Positions 9,469-19,899 of a stretch of 64,000 nucleotides of DNA are shown here, in pieces (positions within the stretch are counted from its first letter, which is position 1; every line of letters starts with the position of its first letter). Under the pieces are notes generated by a model. It was not told the origin of the DNA. It saw only the letters and a program-made list of their open reading frames with translations, and made no database searches. Where the stretch lies: sequence record SRR31156797_5219; one strand, 5' to 3'. A program made the position numbers and the translations under genes.

Positions 9469-12302
9469 ATATTCTGCTCCGGCTCAAATCTAACTAAAAA
9501 CTGGCTTCTGTTCTTGATAAAAGTTCTGATAAATAAGTTCACATGCTCAACTTTCACTTTATCAAGGCGTTGTTTTGATTGTTCAATATTTTCAAGCTCA
9601 TCGCCGAAAAGAAGTTCAAAAGGTATGTAGTTCAGCCAGAATTTATCCTTCTTAGCTGACTCATCAAGCATCAGCTTAGCCTGTTCCTTAGCTGTGTTCA
9701 GGTCTTCCTCTGTCACACCCTTGTCAGCAAATTCACTTAGAATAACCTTAACAGACTCTATCAGCTCATCCGCACGGGAAGGATCGCAAGTAAATTTAAC
9801 TATACCGCTCGCCCTATCAGCTATGAACATATCAAGCATCATACTGCCGGATATGCTATAAACTCCACCTCTCTTCTCTCTAACCTCTTCTCTCAGCTTT
9901 TTTCTTATAATCTTGCTGGCTAATAAATCAGCTCCGTCATCCTCATCTAAGTCTTTAACTGTGCTCTCCATACGCATTATCACAGTTGTTTTAGGGTCAG
10001 CGGCACCCTGCTCAGTATAACCGCCGCTTTTTGATGCGAATCTCTGCCCTCTGTCAATATCTTTTGTTTTGCTTTTCAATTTTCCAGAAGGTTTGACAGT
10101 ACCAATATATCTTCCGAAAAGCTGTGCAGTTTTCTCGCTATTAACATCACCAGCAACGACAAAGACATAGCCATCTACATCTGCTAAAACTTCATTATAA
10201 ACCCTTAGAAAATCTTCACTTTTAAGTTTATCTGCATCTTCTTCAAGCAGATAGCCTCTACGATATTTCTCATTATAAAGTTTAGGCAGGGCTCTCCTTA
10301 TAAACATACCGAATCTGTTTCTTTCTGAGCTTTCAATGCTCTTCTTCATCCTTTCAAGAGCGATATCAAATGATTTTTCAGTAATATCAAAAGATGTCAG
10401 ATGCAGATTAAGAAGCTGCATAACAAGCTCCATATCCTCAACATCACCGCCGCCGAGCAGATATTCGTAATGTTCGCTCATGCCTGTTTTAACACTCGCT
10501 TTATGCCCTGCAAGGATTCTTGATATGTCAATTTTTGAAATACCCTTAAATCCGCTTGTGCCAATTACATTTTTAAGATTTGTGGCAACAATAAAATCCT
10601 CATCATTTAATATCGAAGTACCACCCTTACGCATGGCAAGAATCTGATACTTATTCTTATTTATCTCAGAAGGTCTCACATAAAGCTTTGCTCCATTTTC
10701 ATAAGTAAACAGATCAACTCCGATATGCTCCAGCCTCTCTTTCGCAGTAATTTTCCCAGATTTTTCCACCTTATCCATCAGGGTACTTCTGCCGGATGAA
10801 GACGCATCTTTCCCTATATCAGACCCCTTAACCTTATCCATGATGCTGGTGATTTTATCTTTATCAAGCTCAACCTTAGCCAGCATAGCCTCGGGGATCG
10901 TCAGCATGATGAGCCTGTCTTCCGTTTTTAATATCTCTTTCAGCTTTCTGTTAAAACTGGTTATATTCAGCTCAGCCACTACTTTTTCAAAGACCTCAAG
11001 CTCCTGCTCCGGCTCCATAAAGTCTTCGTCATAGAGATCGTAGTTTACTATGGCTCTAGCATGTCTTTTCGATTCGACTACCTCATCCTTTCTGGCGGCA
11101 CGCTTTATCATCTGTCTGAATATCTTTTCAAACTCTTCGAGCTCCTCCAGTGAGAATCCGTGCCTCTCTGCCCTTTCTATCTCTGTAAAGAACTCTTCCA
11201 GATTCTTACGGTATTCATCCTCTTTCAGTATTGTCATAAATCTGAATATCTCTGTACTTTCAGCCACCCGTGAGCTTATAGCTTTGAAAGAGTAAAGCTC
11301 TGTCTCTTTAGCGAGCTTTTTCCTCGAAATACGCTTATTAAGCATGAGCGCAACACCCTGTTTAAGTAAGTGCTCTTTGTAATCTTCATAAGTTTTCATT
11401 TTCTTATGGTTTGCCAGATGATCAAAAGTGAACGAAAGGTTTGGCGCTTCTTTATCTGATATAGTCTCAAATCTGAACCTCTTCTTAAGAGGAACATCAG
11501 TAGATGCCTTTTCTGGTGTGTTTCTCTTCTCCATAGATTCAAAATTACTTTTTATAAGCTTTTCTGTCTCTTTCACATCTATATTACCAACAACAACCAC
11601 AGACATATTCTCAGCGGTATACCATTTATCGTAATAACCTTTCAAAAGCTCTTTATTAGCTTCTCTAACAACTTCCATAAGACCGATAGGCTCTCTTTCA
11701 GGGTAAAGTGACCCAGCAAGAATATACGCTCTCGACTGGTTTCTCAGCCTGGATCTATAATCATTCCTCATACGCCACTCTTCAACGATGACACCCTTCT
11801 CTTTCTCTATCTCCTGCTCGTCGAAAGTGAGTCCATCAGCCCAATCTCTTAATATAAGAAAAGATTTCCCCACCAGCTCAGGTTTATCCAGAGGGACAGA
11901 AAGCTGATAGTTTGTAACATTCGTAGAGGTGTAAGCGTTACTGTGCTTCCCGAACGTAAGCCCGAGTGACTCCATAAAATCTATTACACCGTTTTGGGGG
12001 AAGTTCCTTGTGCCGTTGAAAGCCATATGCTCAACAAAGTGGGCGAGCCCTCTCTCCTCTTCTGTTTCATTAAGCGAACCTGTTCTTACATTAAGCCTGA
12101 GTTCTACGATATCATCCGGCAGTTCGTTATGCCTTATATAGTATTTCAGCCCGTTTGCAAGCTGTCCGGTCAGAACCTCAGAGGTTAACGGAAGGGGGGT
12201 CCCCTCACTTTCATTTATTTTAGCGGACTGCCCGTTTGAACAAGCAGCTACAATCAAAGTGGTAACAACAATCAAAAATACTCTAACTTTACTTACGCTC
12301 AT
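9465..12302 (-). CDS. pqqL: M16-family zinc protease (PqqL-like), probable lipoprotein
   Basis: GLAHFVEHMAFNGT (HxxEH inverted zincin), NAYTS, EKGVIVEEWR, LREEVRE..GGVY; lipobox VAAC. Confidence 0.88.
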   Translation of the reverse strand: MSVSKVRVFLIVVTTLIVAACSNGQSAKINESEGTPLPLTSEVLTGQLANGLKYYIRHNELPDDIVELRLNVRTGSLNETEEERGLAHFVEHMAFNGTRNFPQNGVIDFMESLGLTFGKHSNAYTSTNVTNYQLSVPLDKPELVGKSFLILRDWADGLTFDEQEIEKEKGVIVEEWRMRNDYRSRLRNQSRAYILAGSLYPEREPIGLMEVVREANKELLKGYYDKWYTAENMSVVVVGNIDVKETEKLIKSNFESMEKRNTPEKASTDVPLKKRFRFETISDKEAPNLSFTFDHLANHKKMKTYEDYKEHLLKQGVALMLNKRISRKKLAKETELYSFKAISSRVAESTEIFRFMTILKEDEYRKNLEEFFTEIERAERHGFSLEELEEFEKIFRQMIKRAARKDEVVESKRHARAIVNYDLYDEDFMEPEQELEVFEKVVAELNITSFNRKLKEILKTEDRLIMLTIPEAMLAKVELDKDKITSIMDKVKGSDIGKDASSSGRSTLMDKVEKSGKITAKERLEHIGVDLFTYENGAKLYVRPSEINKNKYQILAMRKGGTSILNDEDFIVATNLKNVIGTSGFKGISKIDISRILAGHKASVKTGMSEHYEYLLGGGDVEDMELVMQLLNLHLTSFDITEKSFDIALERMKKSIESSERNRFGMFIRRALPKLYNEKYRRGYLLEEDADKLKSEDFLRVYNEVLADVDGYVFVVAGDVNSEKTAQLFGRYIGTVKPSGKLKSKTKDIDRGQRFASKSGGYTEQGAADPKTTVIMRMESTVKDLDEDDGADLLASKIIRKKLREEVREKRGGVYSISGSMMLDMFIADRASGIVKFTCDPSRADELIESVKVILSEFADKGVTEEDLNTAKEQAKLMLDESAKKDKFWLNYIPFELLFGDELENIEQSKQRLDKVKVEHVNLFIRTFIKNRSQFLVRFEPEQNI

Positions 12303-13440
12303 TTTTCGCCTCTATATATTTTATTATTTTCTCTGCTCTATTTCCGTAATCTTTATTATTTCTAAGCTTTTGAAATACTCTCTCTGCTCTCTCATATTCT
12401 CTGTTCTTCAAATAAGAAATCCCTGCCATATAGGTATATTTCCCTTCTCTGTCCTCGTATCTTTCAAAGAACTCACCAGCCTGACGGTAGTCTTTGTTCA
12501 TAAAATACACATATGCTAACTGTCTTCCGGGATCAACACCGCACTTACGCCCCAGAGCAACCCTGAGAACAGCTTCCGCATCGGTGTACCTCTCAAGTTT
12601 ATAAGCGGCTACACCCTCTCGCATAAGGTCACCACACTCTTTCTCTTCCTGAGACATCGACTTATAAATCATGTATGCCTCATCATATATTTTCAGTCGG
12701 CTGAGAACTCCTGCGAGATGTTTTTTATCTTCAGCAACGCCTCCTGTCAGCTTAAGGTATATTTTAAAAGCGGCGGCGGTCTCTCTGGCATTCTTCACAT
12801 ATAAGCCGTACAGCTTCCACCATTCAGGATTATCTCTTGTATCTAATGAACTGAGCAGCTTCTTAGCCTTACCAAATTCACCATCAGTAGCGTATGAAAA
12901 CAGAAGCATTTTATTATCCTGCTTATTCCTCTTCGAAATTTTAGAAAGATAGCCAGCAATGTCTTTTTTTCTATCCAGCTTGAGAGCGACATATGCCGCT
13001 AATCTGTATATATCATCTCCACCGCCATATCTGACTGCCTGTGAAATGCTCTTCTCCGCTTCCTCAAACATACCTGAGCTGTATGCCGCAGAAGCGGCGT
13101 TATACCAAAGGTCACTCTTGTTTTTATAAAATCTGGCGGAGTCCCGGTAATGCTTAAATGCAAGGTTTGAGTCACCCATCTTTAGATGAGCGTTCCCTAA
13201 AATCATGTCCGCCATCCCATGTTTATCACCACCGCTGTTTTTCATGTAATAATCCATAGTGATAACAGTCTTTTTATATTCACCCTTTTTATAATGAGTA
13301 TAAGCTTCAGCGTATGCTTTTCGCATTCCGTCTGTCATCCCCGCATCCAGCTCTGCACCGTATGCACTCAGACAGACAAAAAAGCAGAGAATTAAAACTA
13401 TCTTTCCAGTAAAAAACTTATAGGCACTATTACGCCCCAT
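12289..13440 (-). CDS. Periplasmic TPR protein (TtpD-like)
   Basis: Signal peptide, repeated Tyr/Ala-rich helical pairs; follows tonB. Confidence 0.75.
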   Translation of the reverse strand: MGRNSAYKFFTGKIVLILCFFVCLSAYGAELDAGMTDGMRKAYAEAYTHYKKGEYKKTVITMDYYMKNSGGDKHGMADMILGNAHLKMGDSNLAFKHYRDSARFYKNKSDLWYNAASAAYSSGMFEEAEKSISQAVRYGGGDDIYRLAAYVALKLDRKKDIAGYLSKISKRNKQDNKMLLFSYATDGEFGKAKKLLSSLDTRDNPEWWKLYGLYVKNARETAAAFKIYLKLTGGVAEDKKHLAGVLSRLKIYDEAYMIYKSMSQEEKECGDLMREGVAAYKLERYTDAEAVLRVALGRKCGVDPGRQLAYVYFMNKDYRQAGEFFERYEDREGKYTYMAGISYLKNREYERAERVFQKLRNNKDYGNRAEKIIKYIEAKNERK

Positions 13441-14078
13441 ACATTAACCCTCTTCTTATCTTTATATGCCGGATTAAACTGCCACTGACGTACAGCCGCC
13501 AGAGCAGATTTTTCAAAAACACCTTCAGGTATTGCTTTGATAACCTTCGCATCCTTAACTCTGCCAGTTACATCAAGGCTTAATTTAATATAAACCTTAC
13601 CTTCAATTTTGCTCTTCAACGCATAAGGAGGGTAGTTAGGCTTAACAGTTCTTATCACTGACGGTCTGGAATCAACATCCTTTAACTGATAAGAAAGGCT
13701 GCCTGAAGGCTTAATCGCTTTCGTTACCGCATTACTACTCACCGTGCGAACTACCGGAGTTGATATCGCTGTCATTTCGGGTGCAAAATTAAATGTTTCA
13801 ACAGACACTTCACCACTTTCAAACGGAACATCCAGAGTGATATCCTGCATCTGCACCTCTATCTCTTCGATTATCTCCTCTTCAATATCTTCACTTTGGT
13901 CTATATCTTCTAAAAGCTCATTCTGCTGTTCGAAAGGTCTGCTCACCTCAAAAGCTGAAGAGGAATCCATACCGTCCATATTCAAACTGTCATCGCTTGA
14001 ATGAAAACCGAAAAAAAACAGCATAGTAACAATCAGTGCTAAAACTAATTTGATAATATTCGATAATATTCTAGGCAT
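13398..14078 (-). CDS. tonB: TonB energy transducer
   Basis: N-terminal TM, acidic linker, C-terminal PNYPPYALKSKIEGKV...FEKSALAAVRQWQFNPA. Confidence 0.92.
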   Translation of the reverse strand: MPRILSNIIKLVLALIVTMLFFFGFHSSDDSLNMDGMDSSSAFEVSRPFEQQNELLEDIDQSEDIEEEIIEEIEVQMQDITLDVPFESGEVSVETFNFAPEMTAISTPVVRTVSSNAVTKAIKPSGSLSYQLKDVDSRPSVIRTVKPNYPPYALKSKIEGKVYIKLSLDVTGRVKDAKVIKAIPEGVFEKSALAAVRQWQFNPAYKDKKRVNVWGVIVPISFLLER

Positions 14079-14086
14079 CAGGTAAC

Positions 14087-14491
14087 TCAGTGTTTTCTCT
14101 CAGCAGACAGACTAACCTTTTCAACTCCGGCAAGCCTACACTGATCCATAACAGCAACCACAGACTCAACCTGAGACTTTCTGTCGGCAACAACCATTAC
14201 GCTAAGCTCAGGGTTTTCAGAAGCCGCTGCGTTTATCCGGCCACGGATGCTTCTTATATCCACCTGCCGCTTATCCATATATGCTCTGCCCGATTCATCA
14301 ACTGCAATGAGAACTGTAACCGATTCATTCTTTTGCGCAGTTTGAGCCGAAGGCTTAGCAACATCTATCCCTGTCTCTCTGCTAAAAGACGTTGTCACTA
14401 CAAAAAAAACAAGCAGAAGGAATATCAGATCAATCATAGGGGTCAGGTTGACCTCATCACTACCGCTTTTACTTCTTGCGATCCTTCTCAT
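14087..14491 (-). CDS. exbD: ExbD/TolR
   Basis: VNLTPMIDLIFLLLVFFVVTTSF; ADR motif. Confidence 0.93.
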   Translation of the reverse strand: MRRIARSKSGSDEVNLTPMIDLIFLLLVFFVVTTSFSRETGIDVAKPSAQTAQKNESVTVLIAVDESGRAYMDKRQVDIRSIRGRINAAASENPELSVMVVADRKSQVESVVAVMDQCRLAGVEKVSLSAERKH

Positions 14492-15003
14492 ACGTCACCC
14501 TGCAAGACTCTGCTTCTCTCTCTGCTAAGGCTATTCATAAGCTTCAGCTTCATCCTCTCCAGAACAGGTATCAGCACAACACCGGAAACCGCTGTAATGA
14601 GCCCAAGTCTCGTAGAATTCATAGCTTTGGAGATCCCCTCTGCCATAAGTGCAGGTTCTCCTGTTCCACTGTCAGATATCACATTAAAGGTGATCAGCAT
14701 ACCCCATACGGTACCGAGCAGCCCAAGCATAGGGGCGAGTGCAACGCTGATTTTTATCATGGACATATTCCTATTGAGTTTCCTGCGTATTCCGGCAAGC
14801 TCTATGTCCACATAGGACTCTTTGATATACGCCAGCCCTTTAAGTTTTTCTGATACAAATTCATTCATCCGCCCTCTTCTAAGAAGGCTGGAATACAGAA
14901 AAATTCGATCAAAGATGCAAAACCACATCATCACGGTCAACACAAAGATCATGGTCTGCACAGGATTTTCAATTATAAGAATAAGTAGTTGTTCAAGCTT
15001 CAC
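14488..15003 (-). CDS. exbB: ExbB/MotA/TolQ proton channel
   Basis: APMLGLLGTVWGM, GISKAM. Confidence 0.9.
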   Translation of the reverse strand: MKLEQLLILIIENPVQTMIFVLTVMMWFCIFDRIFLYSSLLRRGRMNEFVSEKLKGLAYIKESYVDIELAGIRRKLNRNMSMIKISVALAPMLGLLGTVWGMLITFNVISDSGTGEPALMAEGISKAMNSTRLGLITAVSGVVLIPVLERMKLKLMNSLSRERSRVLQGDV

Positions 15004-16339
15004 TGGTGTAGTCCATTGAGTTATAAATTCTCATACCCTGCTCCTGAACCCTATCGGTAAGAGCCTCAGCTCTTCTGCTGAGTACAGTATTTATAAGCAT
15101 TACAGGGATAGCAACCGTAAGCCCCAGCATTGTCGTCGTCAAAGCCTCTGAAATTCCACCAGCCATAACCTTTGGGTCACCGGTACCAAAAACAGTAATC
15201 GCATGAAATGTGCTGATCATTCCTGCTACAGTCCCAAGAAGACCAAGCATAGGAGCCGCCGATGCGATAGCAGACAGAAGTGAAAGGTTTCTCTCCAGAG
15301 GGATAGTCTCCTTTATAAGTGCCTGCTCCAGGATGTCTGACCGTGTGTCCCTGTCAAACTCTCTGGCAGAATAAACTGACATAGCAACACGTCCCACAGG
15401 AGTACCAGATAATGAGACAATAGCGTCCTTACCTTCTCTGAACTCTCTTCTCTGTAAAAGATCAGCTATCTCCAGTGTTTTCTTCTCATCCCCGATCCCT
15501 TTTATATAAAGCATGAAAAGTCTCTCTAAGATGAGGATCAGAGCTATTACAGCAGCTAAAAAAATAGGGATTATCATTACCCCACCTTTTTTTATCTGTG
15601 AGATAGGCGTTATCCTATTCTTCCACTGCTTGTATACTGCTCCGGACGTAAGGTCGAACCCTACAGAATCTGAATCACCTGTAATATATTTTTTAACGGC
15701 AGATCGGGCACTAAATGTTGCCCCCTGAACTATTGAAAAATTATTACGGCTATCTCTTTCCAGATAACCAAATTCTTCACCATCATTATAAAGATATGCA
15801 AAATTACCTAAAGATATCACTCTCAACAGCTTCTCTTTACCTGACTGAGTGTTTATAGGAAGATTGTGTTCCTGAACTTCACCGGAAAAGTTTAAAAATT
15901 TAAAGTAGTTCTCGGAAAGCTGTTCAAGCCTCTTGATAGGGTCATCTGAAACCTCTGCGGATAATTGTTCAGGGTATGCCATTGATAAGCCCATAAAATC
16001 TTTCTCAGAGGCACTGATTGCAGACTCTATCTTCTTCAAGTTATTCATCTGCTGAGATGCTCTCTTCTCTATCTCTTCAGATTTTTTCTTTAAAGCTGTA
16101 TTTTCTGCTGATAAGGACTCTATCCCTCTGCTTATCTTTTCATATTCAGCTTCAAGTTCTTTAAGTTCTTTAAGTGTTTTCTTTTTTTCTTCGTTAAACT
16201 CATTCTCTTTTTTTGAGATATCGCTATAGACCTGACTTTTCTCCTGAAGTGTCTCATCATAAATCTTACGCAGGTCTTTTCCTAAAACTGGCTGAACCAT
16301 CAGCAACATCAGTAAGAGTGTAAAAATATTCCTTTTCAT
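14993..16339 (-). CDS. Large ExbB-like protein with periplasmic coiled coil (TtpC-like)
   Basis: Signal peptide, coiled coil, C-terminal APMLGLLGTVAGMI...GDPKVMAGGISEAL. Confidence 0.88.
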   Translation of the reverse strand: MKRNIFTLLLMLLMVQPVLGKDLRKIYDETLQEKSQVYSDISKKENEFNEEKKKTLKELKELEAEYEKISRGIESLSAENTALKKKSEEIEKRASQQMNNLKKIESAISASEKDFMGLSMAYPEQLSAEVSDDPIKRLEQLSENYFKFLNFSGEVQEHNLPINTQSGKEKLLRVISLGNFAYLYNDGEEFGYLERDSRNNFSIVQGATFSARSAVKKYITGDSDSVGFDLTSGAVYKQWKNRITPISQIKKGGVMIIPIFLAAVIALILILERLFMLYIKGIGDEKKTLEIADLLQRREFREGKDAIVSLSGTPVGRVAMSVYSAREFDRDTRSDILEQALIKETIPLERNLSLLSAIASAAPMLGLLGTVAGMISTFHAITVFGTGDPKVMAGGISEALTTTMLGLTVAIPVMLINTVLSRRAEALTDRVQEQGMRIYNSMDYTSEA

Positions 16340-17082
16340 TTCGATATCCTCCCGACAGGGAGACTAACGATATCAGGCATTGATGTTTTATTGATAACAG
16401 ATGCCGCTTTTATAAGCTCACGGCTCTGATCATCAGGAAGCTTTAGGAATGCTTTCAGTTCACGGCTATACACAGCAGACAAAGAAGCATCAGGAGTAAC
16501 AAAAAACTGAGCCAGTCCGCCGATACGAACCACATACCCGGAAACCTGCTCTCCGCCAAGCTCGATCTTGTCCTCATAAACTTCAGAAAAACGGGCAAGA
16601 TCAGACTCAACCATATGAGCCTCCATAGTACGCCGGATCTTTTCATCTCCCTGCATATCCGGGGAAGCTATCTCGTCCATCAGTTGGTTGAGTTTTGCCA
16701 GTCTCTCTTGCTTAGAATAACCGGGATTTTCTTCAATATACCCTCTCAACTGTACAAGAAAACCAGCTAACAGAAAACTAAGTCTCCGCTCTATGTTGCT
16801 ACCTGATTCAACCTTTGCTTTCTTCTGAGTAATCTCATCCTTAAGTTTAAGGTTCACTCTTTTTAAACTGGCATAATAAGCCTTTCTGCTTTCAACAGCC
16901 TTTCTCAGAGACTCTGTCCTGTATGAAACAGTACCTTTTTCACTATCCCACTTCTCTTTCTCTGAATAGAAAGAAGACTTTTTGTTGTGGATGCTTTTCT
17001 GTACATCAAGCAGCTTTTCGGCTGTATCTGCAAAAGCAGATGATGCAATTAATAAAGTTAAAATAACTGTAATGCTTTTCAT
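16336..17082 (-). CDS. DUF3450/TtpB-like periplasmic coiled-coil protein
   Basis: Signal peptide, coiled coil, ERLAKL...VRIG...LPV pattern; directly upstream of the TtpC-like gene. Confidence 0.7.
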   Translation of the reverse strand: MKSITVILTLLIASSAFADTAEKLLDVQKSIHNKKSSFYSEKEKWDSEKGTVSYRTESLRKAVESRKAYYASLKRVNLKLKDEITQKKAKVESGSNIERRLSFLLAGFLVQLRGYIEENPGYSKQERLAKLNQLMDEIASPDMQGDEKIRRTMEAHMVESDLARFSEVYEDKIELGGEQVSGYVVRIGGLAQFFVTPDASLSAVYSRELKAFLKLPDDQSRELIKAASVINKTSMPDIVSLPVGRISK

Positions 17083-18329
17083 CTTCTACGCTCAGCACCC
17101 ATAAATATAAACAGGATAAATGGGATGAACCCGCCGAAGAGTATGAAAACTGAATCACCTAGCGCCTGTTTAGTCTCTTTCTTACTGTAAAACCTGTATC
17201 CGAGATATATCAGAGTGAGCAAAAGAGACAGAACTAACGCATAAACCGGTCTCTCAGTGAAAACGACGTGCAGATCATCTTTATACCCATATCTCTTGCT
17301 TGTCTTAATGACCAGAGGGAATAAGGCGTCATACCCTGCAAGGACAGCATCCGAGTAACGCTTTTCATAGGTGTGAATATTCTTTTTATAGAGTTCCCCT
17401 TCCTTGTCAAAAACATACGAGATCATCTCTTTCTCGCCGGAAACCTTCATAAGGGTGTATATAGGATCGCTGAAAATGATTAAGTGCTCTCTCCGTACAT
17501 CAATTTTCCCTATATTAAGTTTTTCATACTTATACCCGTCTTTGCTAATTGTATAGACATCTCCTGCTTTGCTGTAGATAAGACCGAATGAAGGATTTAC
17601 CCTGTCCTCATTAATAGACATATAATCAACATCTATCTCTGACGGCAGCTTAGTGTCTTTCACAAAAGGCTCATCTTTCACTTTTTTCATATGGAAAACT
17701 CTGCCTTCTGAGTCTTTGATAAAATATCCGTAATCAAAAGCTTTCCGCACATTTGTATTACCCGCAATCAACTCAGCGGGGAAAGTGAAGCCAGCCTTAA
17801 GGAGTGCTTCATTAAATTTTATGCTCATCTCCTCATTAACTCTCTTTGTCTTACCATCAACAAATTCAATCCTGTCCTTAATCCTGAAAAGCTCCATAGG
17901 CATGACTAGTTTACTAAACTCACTCGCTGACTCAAAAAGCGGATACAGAGGTATCCTGTTCCTGAGACCATCTGCATATCTAGGTGAAACACTATAGAAA
18001 TATTTGTTTCTGCCAACCTCTTCAGCGGGGATATACTTCCCGGCTATTACGTCAGGATATGTTCCCCATTTCATAAGATCTCTGGTAAACAAAAACGGTA
18101 ACAGTTCAGTGAACTCAGCTCTGGAATATTCGTTGCCCGCTATATCCATATATTTTGTAGGCTCATTTTTAACCTTATCCATATATACAAAATCATCTAT
18201 GACAGGGCTGAAAAATATCGTCGGGCTGGAAGCAAAAGTTTTAAATGTTGTCTTATATAAAGAGGGAGCTACCACCAGTAAGCAAAATACCGCAGCCAAT
18301 ATAAGGGTGTATCTTGTTAAATACCTCAT
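17079..18329 (-). CDS. Membrane protein with large periplasmic domain (DUF4857-like), probable ABC accessory subunit
   Basis: N-terminal TM, FFSPV, LLPFLF, LYPLFES, FDYGYF motifs, C-terminal TMs; family assignment from memory. Confidence 0.6.
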   Translation of the reverse strand: MRYLTRYTLILAAVFCLLVVAPSLYKTTFKTFASSPTIFFSPVIDDFVYMDKVKNEPTKYMDIAGNEYSRAEFTELLPFLFTRDLMKWGTYPDVIAGKYIPAEEVGRNKYFYSVSPRYADGLRNRIPLYPLFESASEFSKLVMPMELFRIKDRIEFVDGKTKRVNEEMSIKFNEALLKAGFTFPAELIAGNTNVRKAFDYGYFIKDSEGRVFHMKKVKDEPFVKDTKLPSEIDVDYMSINEDRVNPSFGLIYSKAGDVYTISKDGYKYEKLNIGKIDVRREHLIIFSDPIYTLMKVSGEKEMISYVFDKEGELYKKNIHTYEKRYSDAVLAGYDALFPLVIKTSKRYGYKDDLHVVFTERPVYALVLSLLLTLIYLGYRFYSKKETKQALGDSVFILFGGFIPFILFIFMGAERRR

Positions 18330-18997
18330 TAGAAATCCCCCTTTCTGAATCTATATGCGGGACTTAGAATAATCGGTATGATAATCAGAATCGACAATAA
18401 GTACGGAAGCCACTGCCCGTCGAAGCTGTTGTATCCACTACCTCTGCTGAAAATAAAATTCAACGGCATAAAAGCAACAATCAGAAGTGCCTTTCTTAAT
18501 TTATTAGGCTCAAGGGTTATTACTACTGCATATAAATACAGTGCGATAATGGAATAGTAGTCCTTAATGAACAAAACCGAGACAGCTTTGCTTAATTCTG
18601 AAGGGAAGTAAAATGACGTTATCGCAAGCACACAAAAGGCATCGAGAAGTGCGATTACTGAAAGATATGTAACACCTGCTAAAACCATTAGCGCAATCAT
18701 CTTCCCCTCTTTTAAAGGCAGGTGGCATGATATCCTGAATCTCTTTTTATCTACCTCAGGCAAAAACTGATATACGCCCACAGCTACTGCAGTGAGATGC
18801 ATAATTCCAACCACAAAAGTGTAAAAAATACTATTCTTCTCAATAATCTGCATCCAGACATTAACAGTTGTACTGACCGCAAAAGACGATTTCATATTTA
18901 TAAATAACTTAGCAGTTGCTCCCATATTAATTAACAGGGCTCCTAGTAAAAATAACCGCATCTTCTTATATTCTTTAAAAAATATTTTTCTTAACAT
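18329..18997 (-). CDS. Six-TM membrane protein, probable ABC permease
   Basis: FFKEYKK start, QFLPE...RISCHLPL, hydrophobic segments; follows the ABC ATPase. Confidence 0.65.
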   Translation of the reverse strand: MLRKIFFKEYKKMRLFLLGALLINMGATAKLFINMKSSFAVSTTVNVWMQIIEKNSIFYTFVVGIMHLTAVAVGVYQFLPEVDKKRFRISCHLPLKEGKMIALMVLAGVTYLSVIALLDAFCVLAITSFYFPSELSKAVSVLFIKDYYSIIALYLYAVVITLEPNKLRKALLIVAFMPLNFIFSRGSGYNSFDGQWLPYLLSILIIIPIILSPAYRFRKGDF

Positions 18998-19005
18998 TTC
19001 TTCTC

Positions 19006-19899
19006 CTAATACTTTCCGGTAAGGGCTATGAAAGCGTCTTCAAGCGATAGTTCCTTCTGTGAGAAATCTGTTATCCCGCCAATCCCTTCACTCAAAGCTG
19101 CACCAGCTTCATCAAAACTAAGCGGACTAACAACCTCGAAGCCCTTACTAAGCAATGAAAAATCTTTTATAAAATCCATCTCATCAAGCTTTTCAGGAGG
19201 AGAATCCATATTGAAATAGTATTTATGTAAGCCGTCTTTTAGTTGATCTATTGGTGAATGTTTTAAAACCAGACCTTTATCAATTATTATCGCATCGTCC
19301 ACAAACCTCTCCAGATCCTGAACAATATGGGATGTTATCAATACTGCCTTATTAAGCTGTTTAGAGTAGTAGGTGAGCCTGTCCAAGAAAAGCCTTCGGT
19401 ACCCTGCATCAAGTCCCATAGAGAAATCGTCTAAGATTAGAATCTCAGCTCCTTGCGCCATAAGTACGGCTAAAGCGACCTGAGACCTCTGCCCGCAGGA
19501 CATATTCTTCACCTTATGAGTCTTTTTAAGGGCAAGTTTAGACATCATTTCACCGTAGATATCTTTGTCCCAGTCCGGATAAAACGCAGCATAGAACTCT
19601 TCTGTCTCCTGAATTGTGAAAAACTCATAAGCCAGATGTCCTTCATGCAGAAGCCCTATCTTTCTTTTTATACTGTTACTAAGATCGTAAGCATGCTCAC
19701 CAAGTACCATACAGGTACCTGCATCCGGTCTGAGAAACCCCATCATGATGTTAATTGTTGTAGTTTTACCTGCTCCGTTCTTCCCCAGAAGACCAAATAT
19801 CTTACCTCTGCTCACATCAAAGCTAAGCCCGTGTAAAACTTTATTCTTCCCATAGGTATGTTCAAGATTATTTATCTCTATAACACTGTCAGAACTCAT
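19006..19899 (-). CDS. ABC transporter ATP-binding protein (exporter-type)
   Basis: GKNGAGKT, MSCGQ signature, ILILDD Walker B, SH switch. Confidence 0.9.
   Translation of the reverse strand: MSSDSVIEINNLEHTYGKNKVLHGLSFDVSRGKIFGLLGKNGAGKTTTINIMMGFLRPDAGTCMVLGEHAYDLSNSIKRKIGLLHEGHLAYEFFTIQETEEFYAAFYPDWDKDIYGEMMSKLALKKTHKVKNMSCGQRSQVALAVLMAQGAEILILDDFSMGLDAGYRRLFLDRLTYYSKQLNKAVLITSHIVQDLERFVDDAIIIDKGLVLKHSPIDQLKDGLHKYYFNMDSPPEKLDEMDFIKDFSLLSKGFEVVSPLSFDEAGAALSEGIGGITDFSQKELSLEDAFIALTGKY

Noticed and set aside
14090-14815. 241-aa plus-strand ORF and the many other short antisense ORFs in the track
   Set aside because: They lie opposite well-supported genes and have shadow-ORF composition with no recognisable motifs.
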